Assembly: GCA_002189035.1 (NCBI GenBank)
Contig: NEEC01000004.1
Location: 4,092,001 to 4,156,000, forward strand
Direction of reading: 5' to 3'
Length of the DNA: 64,000 nt
DNA from: Utricularia gibba
Lineage: Eukaryota > Plantae > Magnoliophyta
Below the pieces are notes generated by a model that did no database searches, was not told where the DNA came from, and saw only the letters and a list, made by a program, of their open reading frames with translations. This document shows, piece after piece, positions 36,881 through 51,520 of the stretch (positions within the stretch are counted from its first letter, which is position 1; each line of letters opens with the position of its first letter). Both the position numbers and the translations under genes were made by a program.

Positions 36881-39800
36881 CTATGAAAACTTGTGTAACT
36901 GAAACCTCAATCTTCTCCGGCTGCTTTGCTCTAGCCATGGATGCAGATTCAGAATGTGTTCCGGCATAAAGTCATGCCTTGTTAGTATCCCCACCACTGG
37001 TACTCCCTGTAAGAAAGATCAGAACTCAGTGATAAACACAGTGAATTCAGATGAAAAGCGTGCATCTCTTCTCACCCTTGGGACCTTGGGAATCACAAGC
37101 AGATGCCTGAGACCAACTTCTCGAAAAAGCATCAGTGCTTTTGCCAGGGACATGCTCTCTACCACGGTGTAGGGTGATGTGTTTGTAAACGGATGCAAAT
37201 CTATGAACATCTCCAGTTCTTCTGAAGAGAACTCTATGTCTTCAATTTGATCATCATGGCCGAAACCCCCTTTGGAAAAGTTCTCTGCAGAGAACTGCAG
37301 CAATGCCTCAGATGGCGTAGGAGATTTTGAGAAAGCTTTCTTTTTCAAGAGCGTTATCAGGTGGGCTCGCAGGACTAAGCCGAATAGCATCGGAGATGAT
37401 GAAGACGGAGGCTCATCCACCACCGGAAACCCGTTATGCTTTGTGGTTGTGAGAACATGAACTATATTTCCAACCTTTTCAATGCCATGAAACACATGGA
37501 GTGGGCCTGAAACTACATCAGCAACTGTTAGTTTACTCAGATATGGTTCAGCACCAGTCTCCAAATAAGGGAAGCCCTTTGATGTCATGATCAGATCATA
37601 GATGTTTCCATCAAATATATCAGCCACAGTCTTGGAGATGAGAAGAACGAGCATCACAAGTGGGAGAAGCAGTAGATTGTTTGTCAACTCGAGAACAATT
37701 ACACACAGTGATACTGCTGACCTCATAGATCCTCCAAGAAGGGAAGCAGAACCAAGAACAGCGAAAAGGCCATGGTTCAAAGTCGAGATAGGCCCAACGC
37801 ACATTCCAAGCAGACGCCCATATGCAGCGCCAGTCACAATAAGTGGGACAAACAGGCCAACTGGCGCAACAATTCCATAACTGAATATGCTGAGGAGGAA
37901 GCATGTGGCAAAAAATATACACATTGATGAATGATGGAATTCTGAATCTGTTCCCTTGCTGAAAAGGTTCTTAATTGCATCATCATAGGTGTTGAAAAAG
38001 AGGCTTGCGAGATCATTATAATAACCAGGTGGGCATTGAAACTTCTTGTAATTTCCAGATCGTCCTATAGTTGGACAAGGCTCCAGGGTGTCCAAAGGGC
38101 ATGGGCGACATGTTGCTGCCCAAGGAAGTCCAAAGAGTAAACAAGATGTGAAGAAGGAAATGAGGCAAGCCAGCAGGATCTGGTAGGCTATGCCTTTCCT
38201 GAAAAAGGAAAAGGAAGAAGAATACCCAGAAGCTCTCTCAGCTTGTATATGGGGAGTATCTAAGAAAATACAAGTAGAACAAATAGAGAAGACAACTTAC
38301 TTATTGATCAATGCATAAATTCGAAGAGTCTTATTGAGTAAGAGATTGTATATACTGCCTAATAATCCCCAACAACTCCAAGAAGAATTACAGGAGGCAC
38401 ATCCCAGATGTGATAGGAAATATTTGCAGAGGAAACATCAAACATGATCAGACCACCTTTACCAAATAGGCCACATTGACCCCTCAAACAGACATCAATA
38501 AGAGCTCGAAGAACTATCGCAACAACAGCAGTTGTGAAGAAAGCTCTCCAAAGCAGTGCACTTCTCCACCTGAAACAGATTCACGGGATAAGTAGAGCAG
38601 GTGGTAATGGTAGTTGAACAGCAAAAAAAATAATAAGAGATTCCCTCATTTCAAAATGAAGACAAGAAAATAAAGCTAGCTACTTCAGCATCATTTCGTA
38701 CGGCATTCATGTTTCAAATATTTCATTTAAGATAATGCCAAAGTAAACTCTTGTCACAATCTGTGAAAGCCCGTATAACAAACATCTTTAATTGGATAAC
38801 TGGTTAATGTGAAGGTAATACCATGATGCCATTTCTTCAAAAGCAAACAGCAATCCACCAACTGGTGCACGAAAAGCAGCAGCTATTCCAGCTGCAGATC
38901 CACATGTTACAAGATCTCGCCTATCCCTATCATTTTTAAAAACTTCAAGATACTTGCAGTTAACCCTATACTTCTTTGTTCCTCCCTGACTTAAAATTGC
39001 AGCAATGCAAGAACCACTGTGGACCATTGGCCCTGCCTTCCCAATATTAAGAGATGATGATACAGCAAGCATGCTTCCAATTATCTGCATATTGAATCTA
39101 CCCTGGTGAAAAAACTTCGCTGCACAAATTGCTTCAAATTTTGTAGCGAAGGATAAACTGATTTCTTAAAACTATAAAATGTAAAAGGCAAAACCAAATC
39201 ATAATTTTTTTTTTTATCAGTCAGATGTATAACAAAATAATCAGCAGGTTTATAACAGAATACGTCCAACGAGAAGAAAAATATACCTTGACAAGTAGAG
39301 TCCTGAATGAAAATACTGAAGGCGCATCTACACCATTTAAGAATGCTTTAACCTCTGGTATACCTGAACCAGCTGCTTCAGGAGCCACCAAAGCAGTTAT
39401 TGAGACCGCAGACACTGTGAGGAAAAGATTTGACAAAGAAAACACGCCAAAGGCCGCATAAAACCTGCAAAAATATTTTCAAAATGTAAATATAAAAGCT
39501 TCCAAGCTATACGAGATGGGAGATACGCTAGAGGAGAGGAGCTCAGAATTAGAAATTGATAAATGCCTTAGAAGTGACTGATCCCATAACAGAAAGCTGA
39601 GCATAGATTGATATCTTGCAGAACCTTCATCCATCAACATAAAAAAGAAAAAAAGAAACAAAATATTGCAAAGAGTTCATACTATGACATCCCTAAACAC
39701 CACAACTGCGTAATTCCAGAAAACCTCCACATAATAGATAAACAAAAAGCATCTTAGGTAGAAGATGGAGATTCCTTACTTTCTAGCCAACATCATATTG

Positions 39801-40332
39801 GAGGTAATAACAAACTTCAAGCCAGCTATATTCTCAATTGCAAGGTTGGTGAAGAACCCAAGAAGGCCAACAGAGACTCCCACTAGAAAGCACAAAATCC
39901 ACTTCATGAATACATACTGCAATATCTCGCCACGTCCCCTACTCCTCCAATCTTGCTTGAAAAAGTCATTCTCAATTATCCTACGAATGGCACCAATCAA
40001 GTATATTCATACGCGATCGCAGTTGTTTAAGATTGTAAACACATCAAAATGCGAAATTGCATAACCCCTGCTGATTCAATATTAATACCCAATATCGAAC
40101 AACTCACCCCACACCCACACAATTCACTGTTTCCTTCCATAGAAAACAAAATAGAGTAATAAAAAAAAAAAACGAGTTAGTCTTCGCAGTAACTAAACAC
40201 TCACTCGTAATCGAGGCTCTCAATGGGGCAAGTGCTGGTGCCCACAATCGCGACTTGCGACGTCCTATTGGACTGGGAGCGGCGCAAGCTCAAGTGAGTC
40301 TCATACTGCGGCAGCAGCGGCTCCTCTGCCAT
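36881..40332 (-). CDS. CLCG: Chloride channel CLC-g type, 7 exons, with apparent -1 frameshift in a G-run at 38367-38370
   Basis: QVAIVG..CPIESLDYE; GSGIPE; GKAGPMVH; FRAPVGGLLFAFEE; GLFVP; CBS domains. As written, exon 5 reads ...LGVVGDY* (stop 38359); one extra G restores GVVGGLLGSIYN. Confidence 0.9.
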
Positions 40333-42927
40333 TTTCAGCGAAGTTTTCAAATGCCGGAACTGAATCTGATCCTTCGACCTGAAGAAGTCAGGCTGAAGCT
40401 TCCCATATATAGATGCGCGGACCTGGACTGCCAAGCCGGAACAAGCAGGGCCACGGGCACGTTCGTAGGCTATACCTGATAGAGGCTTTGACGGCAGTCA
40501 GCCGTCGGTCCCATTAAATATATATACTCTTTTGTGTTAAATATTTGGAAAATGTCTTTGATGGTATTTTGTGATCCCCGCTCATTAATTATAAATAAAA
40601 AAAATTCAATTTTTGTGGCGTGCTTTTTAAAGTTTAAATAATATTATATTTATTAAATATTTATAAATTACGTGTATTTTGGAGAATATTTCTACTAATA
40701 AACAAACGTATGGTTTTAAGAATAGATTTATTATTTATATAATAAATGGAATCGAATTATGGATTTTGAATTATATTTGATAAATATTTAAAAAAAAATC
40801 AATGATTTTTTAAATAATTTGAATTTCTTTTCGCATTTATTCATGGATTTTGATTGAACTCGATCCAATTGAATAATTTCAGTTACTCAAAATTGGCGAG
40901 GTTGCGTGGCCGCAAATCCAGAGGCATGGTGTTGGTTGCTTTGGTGACCTTTTTGACCTTTCCATGGCCCGCGCTCCTCGCGCAACCTCACAGTGTGACA
41001 CACGTGGTCGCAATTTATAACCAAGAGATAGATTTACAAACCGCATACACAGTAAATAAGTTTTACTAAATGCAGGCTCAAGCGTTGCTTCTCAGGTATG
41101 TTTAGGGATGTTGGTTAGTCTGTATCATTAATAACAGATTAAATGGATTAAGGTTAATCAGTTTCCATTTCTAATAAGAATCGACTAGAAATTTTTCTAT
41201 TTATATTTTAGATTTAAAATATTAATGATTTAAAATCTCAAATAACAAATTTGTATTGTCAATTTTAAATATATATGCATTTGTTTATAAAAATACATAT
41301 ATATATATATATATATTGCGTAATTAATCTTATATAAAAATTATTTACATAAAAATAATAAAATAATCAATTTAGATTCAAATACACATGATTTTAAAAA
41401 GATTAAATCTATATCCTAATCATTTATAATTGGTTATTACAATTTTATATCCGTATTTTTATGAATTGTTACGGATTTGGATTTACCGATTCGTAAATAG
41501 TTTCCACATTAACTGATTTTCGAAAAATACTCAATCCACGTACATCCGTACGGATGCCTACACTGTGTTGCACGAGGAGCCAAGGGATTGTACGAAGACA
41601 TCAAGACAAGCACATGCTTATTGTCCTGTACACGCTGGAAGTAGTGGGGAGTTAGGTTACGTAGGACCAGGAGTTAGCCATCTAATGCCGGGACATTCTA
41701 ATATTTAGAATGATGTTTTAAACTCTGTTTTTACCAAAAATAATTTTGTATATAACATTTCTTATTTCTGTTTATGTTTTTAACAAATTAGTTTTTTTTT
41801 GGATATGATTAAAAATAAATCAGAAATAAAAATAAAAAACAGCTAATTTTATTTCTCATTTTTATTTTTACCATTAGATTTTTGAAAATATCACATTTGA
41901 AAATTATTTTTCTATCTATTTCTAGAATTTTTTTTCACAACATGTTATTTATGTTTCTATTTCTTCAAAACTTTTATTTTTATTTTTTACTTTTTTAAAA
42001 GTAAAAACAACATTACAAACTTTTACATAACACTATTTAAATTGTTTCATAACATACCCATTGATCATTCCCCTCATAAAAATTTATATTCATTAATGAT
42101 TTTGAATTTCAAACCTATTTTGCCCGATCTAATATTCACTTTTCCCTTCAAAGTTTTATCATTGTAGAGAAATATGAACTGAAATTACATTCAAATATAT
42201 ATACTGAAGGAAAAAAAAACATGACATAAAAGATTTATCTAATATTATCTTAATAAAACATATATTCTAGGAAATATGCCTATTTGTCCAAAGATAAAGT
42301 GATGAATATAGTAATTACTTTATTCCATAATCTAAACATTTTTTTATTACAAAATATAACACATCTATCAAACACATTTTAAACCTAAAACCATAAAATA
42401 AATTTTATGTTAAACCATATCATCAAAATTTTAAATCACCTATCAACACACAACCTTACTGTTTTGTGATCTTTTGGAGGTATTTTACCAATTACTGTAA
42501 GGATTTTGTGCATTCATGGACTAAATTGTCTTCTCTATTTGCAGGAAACTGTTGAATATGAACAGATCACAAATGATACTACTGACTGCCCTCTAATTCT
42601 CTTAACTGGAATGTTTTTTTCTGTTGAATATTTTACATGTTTATCAGTTATCAAACATAACATTATCTTGAAATTTGAAAATTCTAGTATTGTATTGAAT
42701 GTAAACTTTTCATAATGAATATATGAGGAACTTGATAAAGGGAACAAGATGTTGAAGTTGAGGTTTTTTATCCTGTCTGTAAAACACTCGTACATGTATT
42801 TATGACTGCCTATAAAGGAGATGATTGATTGGATTCTAGTTTTAGTGTTCAGAAGGCTCAGCCGACAAGTAGCAGAATCAATAAGTAGACGCAGTACAAT
42901 TTTGAGGCAGATTCAGGAGAAGCTGTC

Positions 42928-44469
42928 TTAATGGCAGATGACTGAGACCTTGGGAACCTGGACAGGGAATTGGTGGATATCATCAGTCCATGGGTTTTTC
43001 TCCATGTCCGGGTTTACGTTCCTGACAGCTCTCCAGACAGCACTGTTGCATTTGAAGCCAGATCCAAATGCTATCTGCCAGATCCTGTCTCCCCTCTTGA
43101 TCCTCCCCTTGGCTTCTGAATACGCCAGCTCGTACCAGAGGGAGCTGCTCGATGTGTTGCCAAATCGATAGAGAGTCATCCTTGAAGGCTCCATCTGCCA
43201 TTCTGTGAGTTGAAGGTTCTTCTCTAGTTCATCAAGTACAGCTCGTCCACCTGCGTGGATGCAGAAATGCTCGAAAGCCAACTTGAAGTCAGGGATATAA
43301 GGTTTCAGCTTCATCTTGAGTAGCTTCTTCCCCATCAAGGTTGCAAAGAAAAGCAGTTGTTCAGACATGGGTAGCACAAGAGGGCCCAAAGTCGTGATAT
43401 TTGTCTTCAATGCATCTCCGGCCACAGCCATCAAATCTTTGGACAATGCAACTCCGATTTTGCCAGTGGAATCCTCCATTTGTGTGACGCAAGAGAAGCA
43501 TTTATCATCACCGCCTTTGTGGGTTCTCACGGTATGAACCAGACGGTACTTGGATCTCCGGCGGTCGGATCTTCTATTGGACAGAAGAATCGCAGAGCCT
43601 CCCATTCGAAAGAGACAGTTGGAAACAAGCATAGATCTTTCATTCCCAACATACCAATTCAGTGTAATATTCTCCATACTGAGTACCAGAGCATATGTGT
43701 TGGGATGAACCTGGAGAAGATCTTTAGCAAGATCTATTGAGATTAAACCAGCGCTGCAACCCATTCCACCAAGATTGTAACTTACAATATTCCCTCTGAG
43801 CTTATAATGGTTAGTGATCATGGCAGATAGAGAGGGTGTGGGATTGAAAAGGCTGCAATTCACAATCAGAATCCCAATATCTTTTGGCTTCAGAGAGGTT
43901 TTAGCAAGAAGATCATCAATGGCTCCAAACATAACCATCTCAGCTTCTTTTCTTGCTTCTGCCATAGATGGATTAGGAGGCACACGAAGAACTGCATCAG
44001 GAAGATAAGTGGAGTCACCAAGACCAGATCTTTCAAGAATTTTTCTCTGAAAAGAAAGATTTTCTTCACTAAATGATCCCATTAAGGATGATCTCTCCAT
44101 GAAAACCTGCCTAGTGCACTTTCTTTCATCATCTGGCTTGTAACAAGAAAAGTTCACGAGGTAAACATTTTTAGGCCTCGTCAGGGAATAAACAGTGGAT
44201 AAGAAGACTAGTAGAGTAGAGCAAACAATCACTGAGATTAGATTGAATTGGAGATGGTTCCAGAGAAGGTAAAGATCTTGTAAAGAAAATGTGGACACTT
44301 GAGCTGCAACAACCACAGCCAAAGGAGACAAAAACAGATACATTCCATGGGTTATGAGGTAATGATATCCCAGCTTCACATACTTCAATTTCACAGATTT
44401 TTTGAAATCAGGGAGTTTCTGTGAAGAAGATGCTGCAATAAGCGGCGTATCTGCGCCCGCTTCACTCAT
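42928..44469 (-). CDS. KCS11: 3-ketoacyl-CoA synthase, KCS11 type, 513 aa
   Basis: Intronless CDS; [27 protein letters not shown]; GMGCSAG catalytic Cys; FCIHAGG; FGNTSSSS; 72-bp 5'UTR intron at 44563-44492. Confidence 0.95.
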   Translation of the reverse strand: MSEAGADTPLIAASSSQKLPDFKKSVKLKYVKLGYHYLITHGMYLFLSPLAVVVAAQVSTFSLQDLYLLWNHLQFNLISVIVCSTLLVFLSTVYSLTRPKNVYLVNFSCYKPDDERKCTRQVFMERSSLMGSFSEENLSFQRKILERSGLGDSTYLPDAVLRVPPNPSMAEARKEAEMVMFGAIDDLLAKTSLKPKDIGILIVNCSLFNPTPSLSAMITNHYKLRGNIVSYNLGGMGCSAGLISIDLAKDLLQVHPNTYALVLSMENITLNWYVGNERSMLVSNCLFRMGGSAILLSNRRSDRRRSKYRLVHTVRTHKGGDDKCFSCVTQMEDSTGKIGVALSKDLMAVAGDALKTNITTLGPLVLPMSEQLLFFATLMGKKLLKMKLKPYIPDFKLAFEHFCIHAGGRAVLDELEKNLQLTEWQMEPSRMTLYRFGNTSSSSLWYELAYSEAKGRIKRGDRIWQIAFGSGFKCNSAVWRAVRNVNPDMEKNPWTDDIHQFPVQVPKVSVICH

Positions 44470-46189
44470 TTTCGCAACGACAACAGATATCTGGAGGAAC
44501 AACAGAAACCCACATCAAGAAAAGGCATCAACCCAGAAAGTCTGAAATCAAAACACCATTTACCTGTTCCTGGATCGAACAATGAATGAAGCTCACGATT
44601 TCAAACAAATTCCTAGAGAACACATCCACATCAAACAGTCATCATCACGACAGCCCATAACAGGCAAAGCAGCTGAGAAACAGGGTGAAAAAGACGAACC
44701 CGGAAAGGTGTTCTACTCGGAAAGATGACAGATCACGAGATGCTCGCCTTTTTCTCTTGGAAATCCCACATGAAGCCAATGGTGTGAAAGGAAAGAGGAC
44801 GGCAGGGGCCGCGACAACCAGAAAAACAAGGACGCGTTTGCTTGTCAAATGCCTATTCCCCTGGACGCCAATCGCAACAGCATGCTTGGCATCAATTGTG
44901 TGATCTCCGCTTTGAATATGCTTCCTTCTCTGCACTCGCAGTCAAATGTAATAAATTATAGATTTGAATTTTTTTTTTTAAAAAAACAAACATCCGACTT
45001 TTCCTTAATTGTTATATTCCCTCATTCTGTCATATTTTTATACTTTTATTCCTTTATTTTGAATAATGCACATAAAATCAAATATAAATAAAGATAGGTC
45101 AACTTGAACCAAATAGTGGTTGGAATTACAACCATAGAATTTGATTTAAAATTGAAACGATATTAGGGGAATGTTCTGTTTATGTAATTTACCAAAGTAA
45201 TTCTGTTTTATAATAAAAATAGAAATTTAAATTATATAATTAACTTTAAAAAGTATTAAATTTATTGAATCTTTATTTTAGCTATTAAATAAAAATTCAT
45301 TATAAAAATACTACTAATTTTATCTAATTCAAAAATATATTTATATCATAATACTTTATATTAAACCTTATAATATATATTTTATTTTACTAAATTTTAT
45401 ATTATAATATGAAACATTATTATAACCTTAAATTCATTTTATTCACGTAATCTTAAGTATAACTTCAAAATAGAACCATATTTAATTTTTTTTATTTCCA
45501 ATTGAAATTTTGACTTAAATAAAAAACACGAGTTCAAATTTCGAATTCGAATTTGATTTCATATTTTGAAGTCGGTTTTGGTCCAAATCCGAAGCACCTA
45601 CCAAACTTCTCGCGTTGACTATGAAAAATCTCAAATGCCAACTACGAGGGAAGCCAAAACACACGGCGCAGATGTCCGTGCAACACGTGCCCCTTGCATA
45701 CTTCTTTTTTTTTTAATAATTATTTATTTACCGGGGTAATAAATATCCGGTTCAGTGAGATCCGTATCATAGCAATGGGCCGTTTTCAGTAGAAGTGTTT
45801 GAGCCTCTAAACGGGTTTCACTATTGTTGATATTATTGGGCCGTATCTCAATCTGGGCCCAAAACAGCAACCTCCGAGAAGTTACTGAAATCTGTTTTTT
45901 TTTTTAAATTAAAATTCATTTTGCTCTAAAAAGCTAACATGAAGAGTGTTTTAATATCCAATTCAAACTGTACTACAATTGATCATGATTTTGAATTGAA
46001 ACATCTTTATAATGGGTTAAAATCATTGTAAATATATGAAAAAAAATAAAAATACTTATATAAATTTAATGTTTCCACATTTTATATTTTTTATTATTTT
46101 AAAAAATTATTAAATCAAACATAAAATCATCTATATGAAGTAATGGAATCTAAACTCTAATACAATCCCCCTTTCCTCTCAAAACATTA

Positions 46190-49100
46190 CATGAAAGTCA
46201 AATACGGCACATGTTTAATACTCTAAATAACGAGATGCCATACGGTAAGGTTAAGTTGACTTTAGGAGATAAAACAACTTACGCGGCGTATGAGTAAATA
46301 CGATGCTGCGTGAATACGTAATACGCTATTATGATAATACGATAGCAATTAAGTTGTAAAAAGGTAATACATAAATAATATATTAAATAATAAAATATTT
46401 TATAAATTCAAATTTTAATAATAAAATACATGTCAAAATAAATTAGTTCATGAATAAAAATATGGTAATAAGAGATAATGGATAATAAAAGTGAGAAACC
46501 CAAAATATTATTCCAATAAAAAATGATTTAATTTATTTTTTTTCAAAATTTTTAATAAAAAATTTGAAGCAATTTTTAATTTAAAAATCTAATAAAATTG
46601 TTTTATCACTACCACCATTTGAGAACCCACAACTTTGAACATGCATATAATGATGATGCAACCAACTTAGGTATGTATCATATGATGTATTTATATATTA
46701 TGTATGTGATAAATACTTAATACGATACATCTAAAATATTTTCCTAATATGTGCAATATACACAATAACAACTCATAATGGATGATTAAGTATGAGTATT
46801 TGGTATTCTACAATTTTCATATCGAATATCAAAATTTGTATAAATATCAATGTCATTTCTAATTTTCTATCAAAATATTAAATAAAAAACATTTCTATTC
46901 CATATTTATATATTATGTATTTAATAAGGGATTTTCATAATATGTACAACATAGACAACTAAAACTTATGATGGATAATTAAGGATGAGCATTTGGTGCT
47001 TGACAATTTCATATTGAATATCAAAATTCGTATAAATATCAATACCATTTATTATTCGTTATCAAAATATTAAAATAAAATCATAAGTGTACAATGAAAA
47101 AAGTCAAGTAACAAGAAAGAATTTCAAAAACATTGCTCAAATATAAATTTTGTGCAATAATATAAGAAACAATATGCTACATAAGAGCAAAAAAATCAAA
47201 TTTGTCTTCTTATTCAATAAGCAGATTTGTTCGAAAACCATAAAACAATTTTCATAACTATAGTGTATAGATGTACAATTTAATGAATTTAAATGTACAA
47301 TTTAAGTTGCACATCGTTGACATGTGTAACATGCAAAAATTCATGGTGTTTAGTTATTACATACATTAGGATTTAATGATCACAACTTAATCACATAGTT
47401 GATAATGTTATTATGATCTATATAACTAAGGGTGTGTTTGGTATGATAGTATAATAAATAACATATTTGAGTTATTGTATTTAGATCAATATGAATTATG
47501 ATTAAAATTAAAATTTGTGTAGTATACATGTATTGAAAATATATATTGAAAATATTAGAATTGATATATGTGTAAAAATAAAAACTTTATAAATTAGGTT
47601 GTTTAATAAAATACATCTAAAGGACAATTTTTGTAATATTTAATTCAAAATGTTTTAAATTAATTTTACAATATTTATGTATTTAACAAATCTAATAAAT
47701 ATATGTTGTTATCAACACATAGATATTTAAACAATTAAACTAACTCACTAAACACTAACTAAAAGTTTTATATTATGATATTTGAATTTAAAAAAACAGA
47801 AAAAGAAAATAACAAGCATTTGAATTAAACAACGAATGTGCGTGAATGTCTGCTTTGTGTTTTTAATCTATACTTAAAATTATATAAATTAAAATTAATT
47901 TTGAAATTATTTGAATAAAATTAATTTTAAAGTATAAAATTATTATGCAGAATAATATAAAACTATTATTATTATAAATTTGAATAAATTAAACAATTGT
48001 AGAATCCAATATAAATATATAAATATATTTTGTAGAATATTTATAAAATAAATAATATAAATATTTTAAATAATAGCTTATTTAATCTTTAAAATAAAGA
48101 TTCAAAAAATTTAATATTTTTTTAAGTTAATTATGAAACAAAAAATTCTAATTTTTATTTAGAATAAAATAAATATTGCAATATATAAAAATTAAATAAA
48201 ATCATTTAAATAAATTCAAAAAAGTGAACAAGCCCTAATTAAGGAAGAGTGAAGAAAATATTGAAAAGTGAAGATTAGATTAAGATTGAAATTCGTATAA
48301 TTTAATCTAAAAATTCCTCTAAAAATTAATAAAAAAAATCAAACCCAAAAACTATGGTATTTTTAAATATATGAATTTTTTGAATTCTCATCAAATAAAT
48401 GCCAAGCATTAATAAATTAAACATCACTTGTAATTCTAAATCACGAATATCGAATATAAAAATAAAAAATATATATATTTAATATCTTAAACTCAATTCT
48501 CACCTATATTCATTTCGTGATTTCCAAGAAGCGAAATATCTGTTTTTTTCTTAATTATTCTTATTCTCTAAAAAGTTAATAAACATGGAAGTCAAGTACC
48601 AGACATCATTAATGCTCTAAAAATCCAGGTGTATAAGTTAAGTTGACTTTAGACGTTAAAATTAAGGAAATGCTTTCTCTAATGAGAATTTTTTTAAAAA
48701 AAATAGTTAGAAAATAACTTTAAAGAAAAAAAGAATACATTTCCATTCTTTGTAATCTTATTTCAGAGATTTTATACTTCTTTGTTTTATGAAAAAGTTG
48801 AAAATAATATATTGAAAATCTTTGAAAACATGGTATAATTTTTTGAATCTTTAAAAGAAGAATAAATAAAAAGATTATGTATATTCAATTGAAATAAAAA
48901 ATACAATTTTCACCCAGTTAATAAGATTTTTTTTTTGGATTTATCATTACCTTGTCTATTAAATATTATTGTGAATTACATGAGTTTGTATCTAAACATC
49001 GGTATTTGATAATGATTTTGAAGTTTTCTTTTATGAGTAAATATTTATTTTTTAAAAAAAGAATAACTAAATATATATTAATTATACTTATAAGATAAGG

Positions 49101-51520
49101 GGTTTCAAGTAGTTTTAGTAAATCCTATTTAATAACTATTTTTCTTAAAAAATTGAGCTTGGGATAAATGTAAAAAGATGAGGGATTTTATTTAAAAATT
49201 ATATACTATACTTTTGTTTTAATTAATAATATTTTTAAAATTAATTAACTCTAAGTTTTTAGATCATCTTGTTTCTAATATCATTATAAAAAAAATTATT
49301 AAAGTTGAAAAAAGATATTTATCTATTGCATATCATTTATTCAACAAATTTGAAACAACATATAATGTAGATCCAATGTCGATTATAGAGAATGAAGATT
49401 TTATGAAAGATGAAGTTTTTATCAAATATAATTATTATGATTTGTAAATAATTTTGGAAAATGTAATAAGAAGGAAATAAAATTAAATGATAGATCATGA
49501 GGAAGTACAATCTTCTTGATACTAGAATTCATTTCGTTTTTTCCATTTATTATTATATCATATTTTACTCTAATTATTATGGGTAAATATTTATACAAGG
49601 AATAAACTAACATTTTATTGTGGTTAGAAATTGATCGAGTAGCAAATTGTCAATTTTTATAGGATAAATCAGTAATCAATTGATTTACTTGACTTAAAAT
49701 CAATTTTTGATTAGTTTAAATGTAATAAAAGTAGACAAAGATTTTTATGCAAAAACCATTGTGATGTTAAACCACAGAGTTTAGGAAACTTATTGGAGAA
49801 AAGATATCACCAGAAGAGCAAAGAAGAAAATTACAAGGATAGCTAAATGGGGATGACCCCCTTCTCATGAAATAAGGTCATATTTATATCTGTCAAAATT
49901 TGTTTGATATTATTAATTATCCCCATCTAATTGTATCTTGTTCTGAATTTATGTAAGTTGATGACCTTTTAGATTATCTTCAAATAGCTGAAAACTAACA
50001 CTATTTTTCTGGATGTGTAACCGATTTATTGAAAATTCTAAATCGATTTACTATCCGTGGGATGATTTACTACTTCAGCTCCTTTTAGTTTGATTTAGGT
50101 TATGTAGCCAATTTTTCCGGTGTGTTCTTTGACTTTAACTCTCATTGTTGGGTGTCATTTGATCTCTTTTTATCATTTTCCATTTTTGGTGTACGATGTT
50201 GATTTTTGGCACTATTAAAATGAAATAATCACTCAAAATATGAACCGAAACTTTATATTAACCTTGAAACAAAATATGTAGTTATAAATAGTATAAAAAT
50301 TCAAAGAAAAAATAGAATATCGAAATTCAATACATATTTAATACAAGACATATAAGATATTTTCATAATGCATATAACATAGATAACAACGACTCATAAT
50401 GGATGATTAAGGGTGAGCATTTGATGTTCGACAATTTCGTATTGAATATTCAAATTCATATAAATATCAATACCGTTTCTTATTCATTAACAAAAATCTT
50501 AAAATAAAATATACAAACTCAAGTATGAAGAAAGAATTTCGAAATCATTACTCGAATGCAAATGCTGCCCATAGTATAAGAAACAATATGCTACCAGATT
50601 TGTTTGAAAATCATTAATGAATTAAATTTCATTTGGGTTGATGTTTGACGACGCCTCAATTTACACTCAATATAAAGAATTTAATTCATAAGTTTCAAAA
50701 TTATGTCATATACCCCTAAACTTGTTTTTTTTGTAAATAGTTTGCTTTTGAATTTATGAAATTATATATTTAACTACTCATGTAACCGCTATAATAGTAA
50801 ATTATATGAGATGTGATATATCACTTATGAAACATGAATGTTATATAATTATCATCGCTTTAAATCATACAAGATAGATACAAATACAATATAATTTTAA
50901 CAAAAGCATCATTTGATTCATCAAGCTTTAAAGATGCGAAAAACATTCGTACAAAATTTTGTTGAGTTTGAAATTAAAACCAATTTATGGTATCATGAAT
51001 CGATTTGCTTTTTAAAGATTTTGAAAATCATATAGGTTTTCGTTACATGTTTTTGATAACTTGATATTACAATTTTCAAACTTGGGAATTACATTATTAA
51101 TATTAATTAAAACTTGATGTGCTATTTTTACAATTTTCTCATATCATCTGCAATTCTAATTACCGAATATCAAACATAAAAATAAAAAAAAATCGATAAG
51201 ATATTTGATATCTCAAACTCAATGCTCACCTCTAATCATGTCGTGATTTACAAGAACCTAAATATCTATTATTTATGAATTATTTTTATTCACCAATAAC
51301 TTAAGAAACGTGGAAGTCAAATATTAGGCATGCTTAATGCTCTAAAAAAACCAGGTGCGGAGATTAAGTTGACTTTAGACGATAAAATTAAGGAAATACT
51401 TTCTCTAATGGTAATTTTTTAAGAAAACACTAGTGAGAAAACAAATTTAAAGAAAAAATGATTCCCATTCTTTCTAATCTTATTTAGTACCTTTTAAATT
51501 TTTTTTCTTTTATGAAAAAT
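46190..51520. repeat. Old dispersed duplications upstream of ABCG: module A (46746-46885, 46930-47185, 50357-50600) and module B (46190-46275, 48420-48830, 51140-51520)
   Basis: Module A shares actcataatggatgattaag..gagcatttg..gaatatcaaaattc.tataaatatcaat; module B shares g.aagtcaa...taat.ctctaaa...ttaagttgacttt. Confidence 0.8.
47430..47755. mobile_element. Tourist-like MITE remnant
   Basis: TAA + GGGTGTGTTTGG left end; degenerate CTAAACAC + TAA right end; AT-rich core. Confidence 0.45.

Noticed and set aside
40898-40989. Hairpin GAGGTTGCG...CGCAACCTC as a miRNA precursor
   Set aside because: Only 9 bp of perfect pairing with a poorly paired interior, and no known miRNA recognised.
45770-45860. 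Cluster of three TGGGCC site II motifs as an orphan promoter
   Set aside because: No associated ORF or leader; could be distal KCS11 regulation or a TE remnant.
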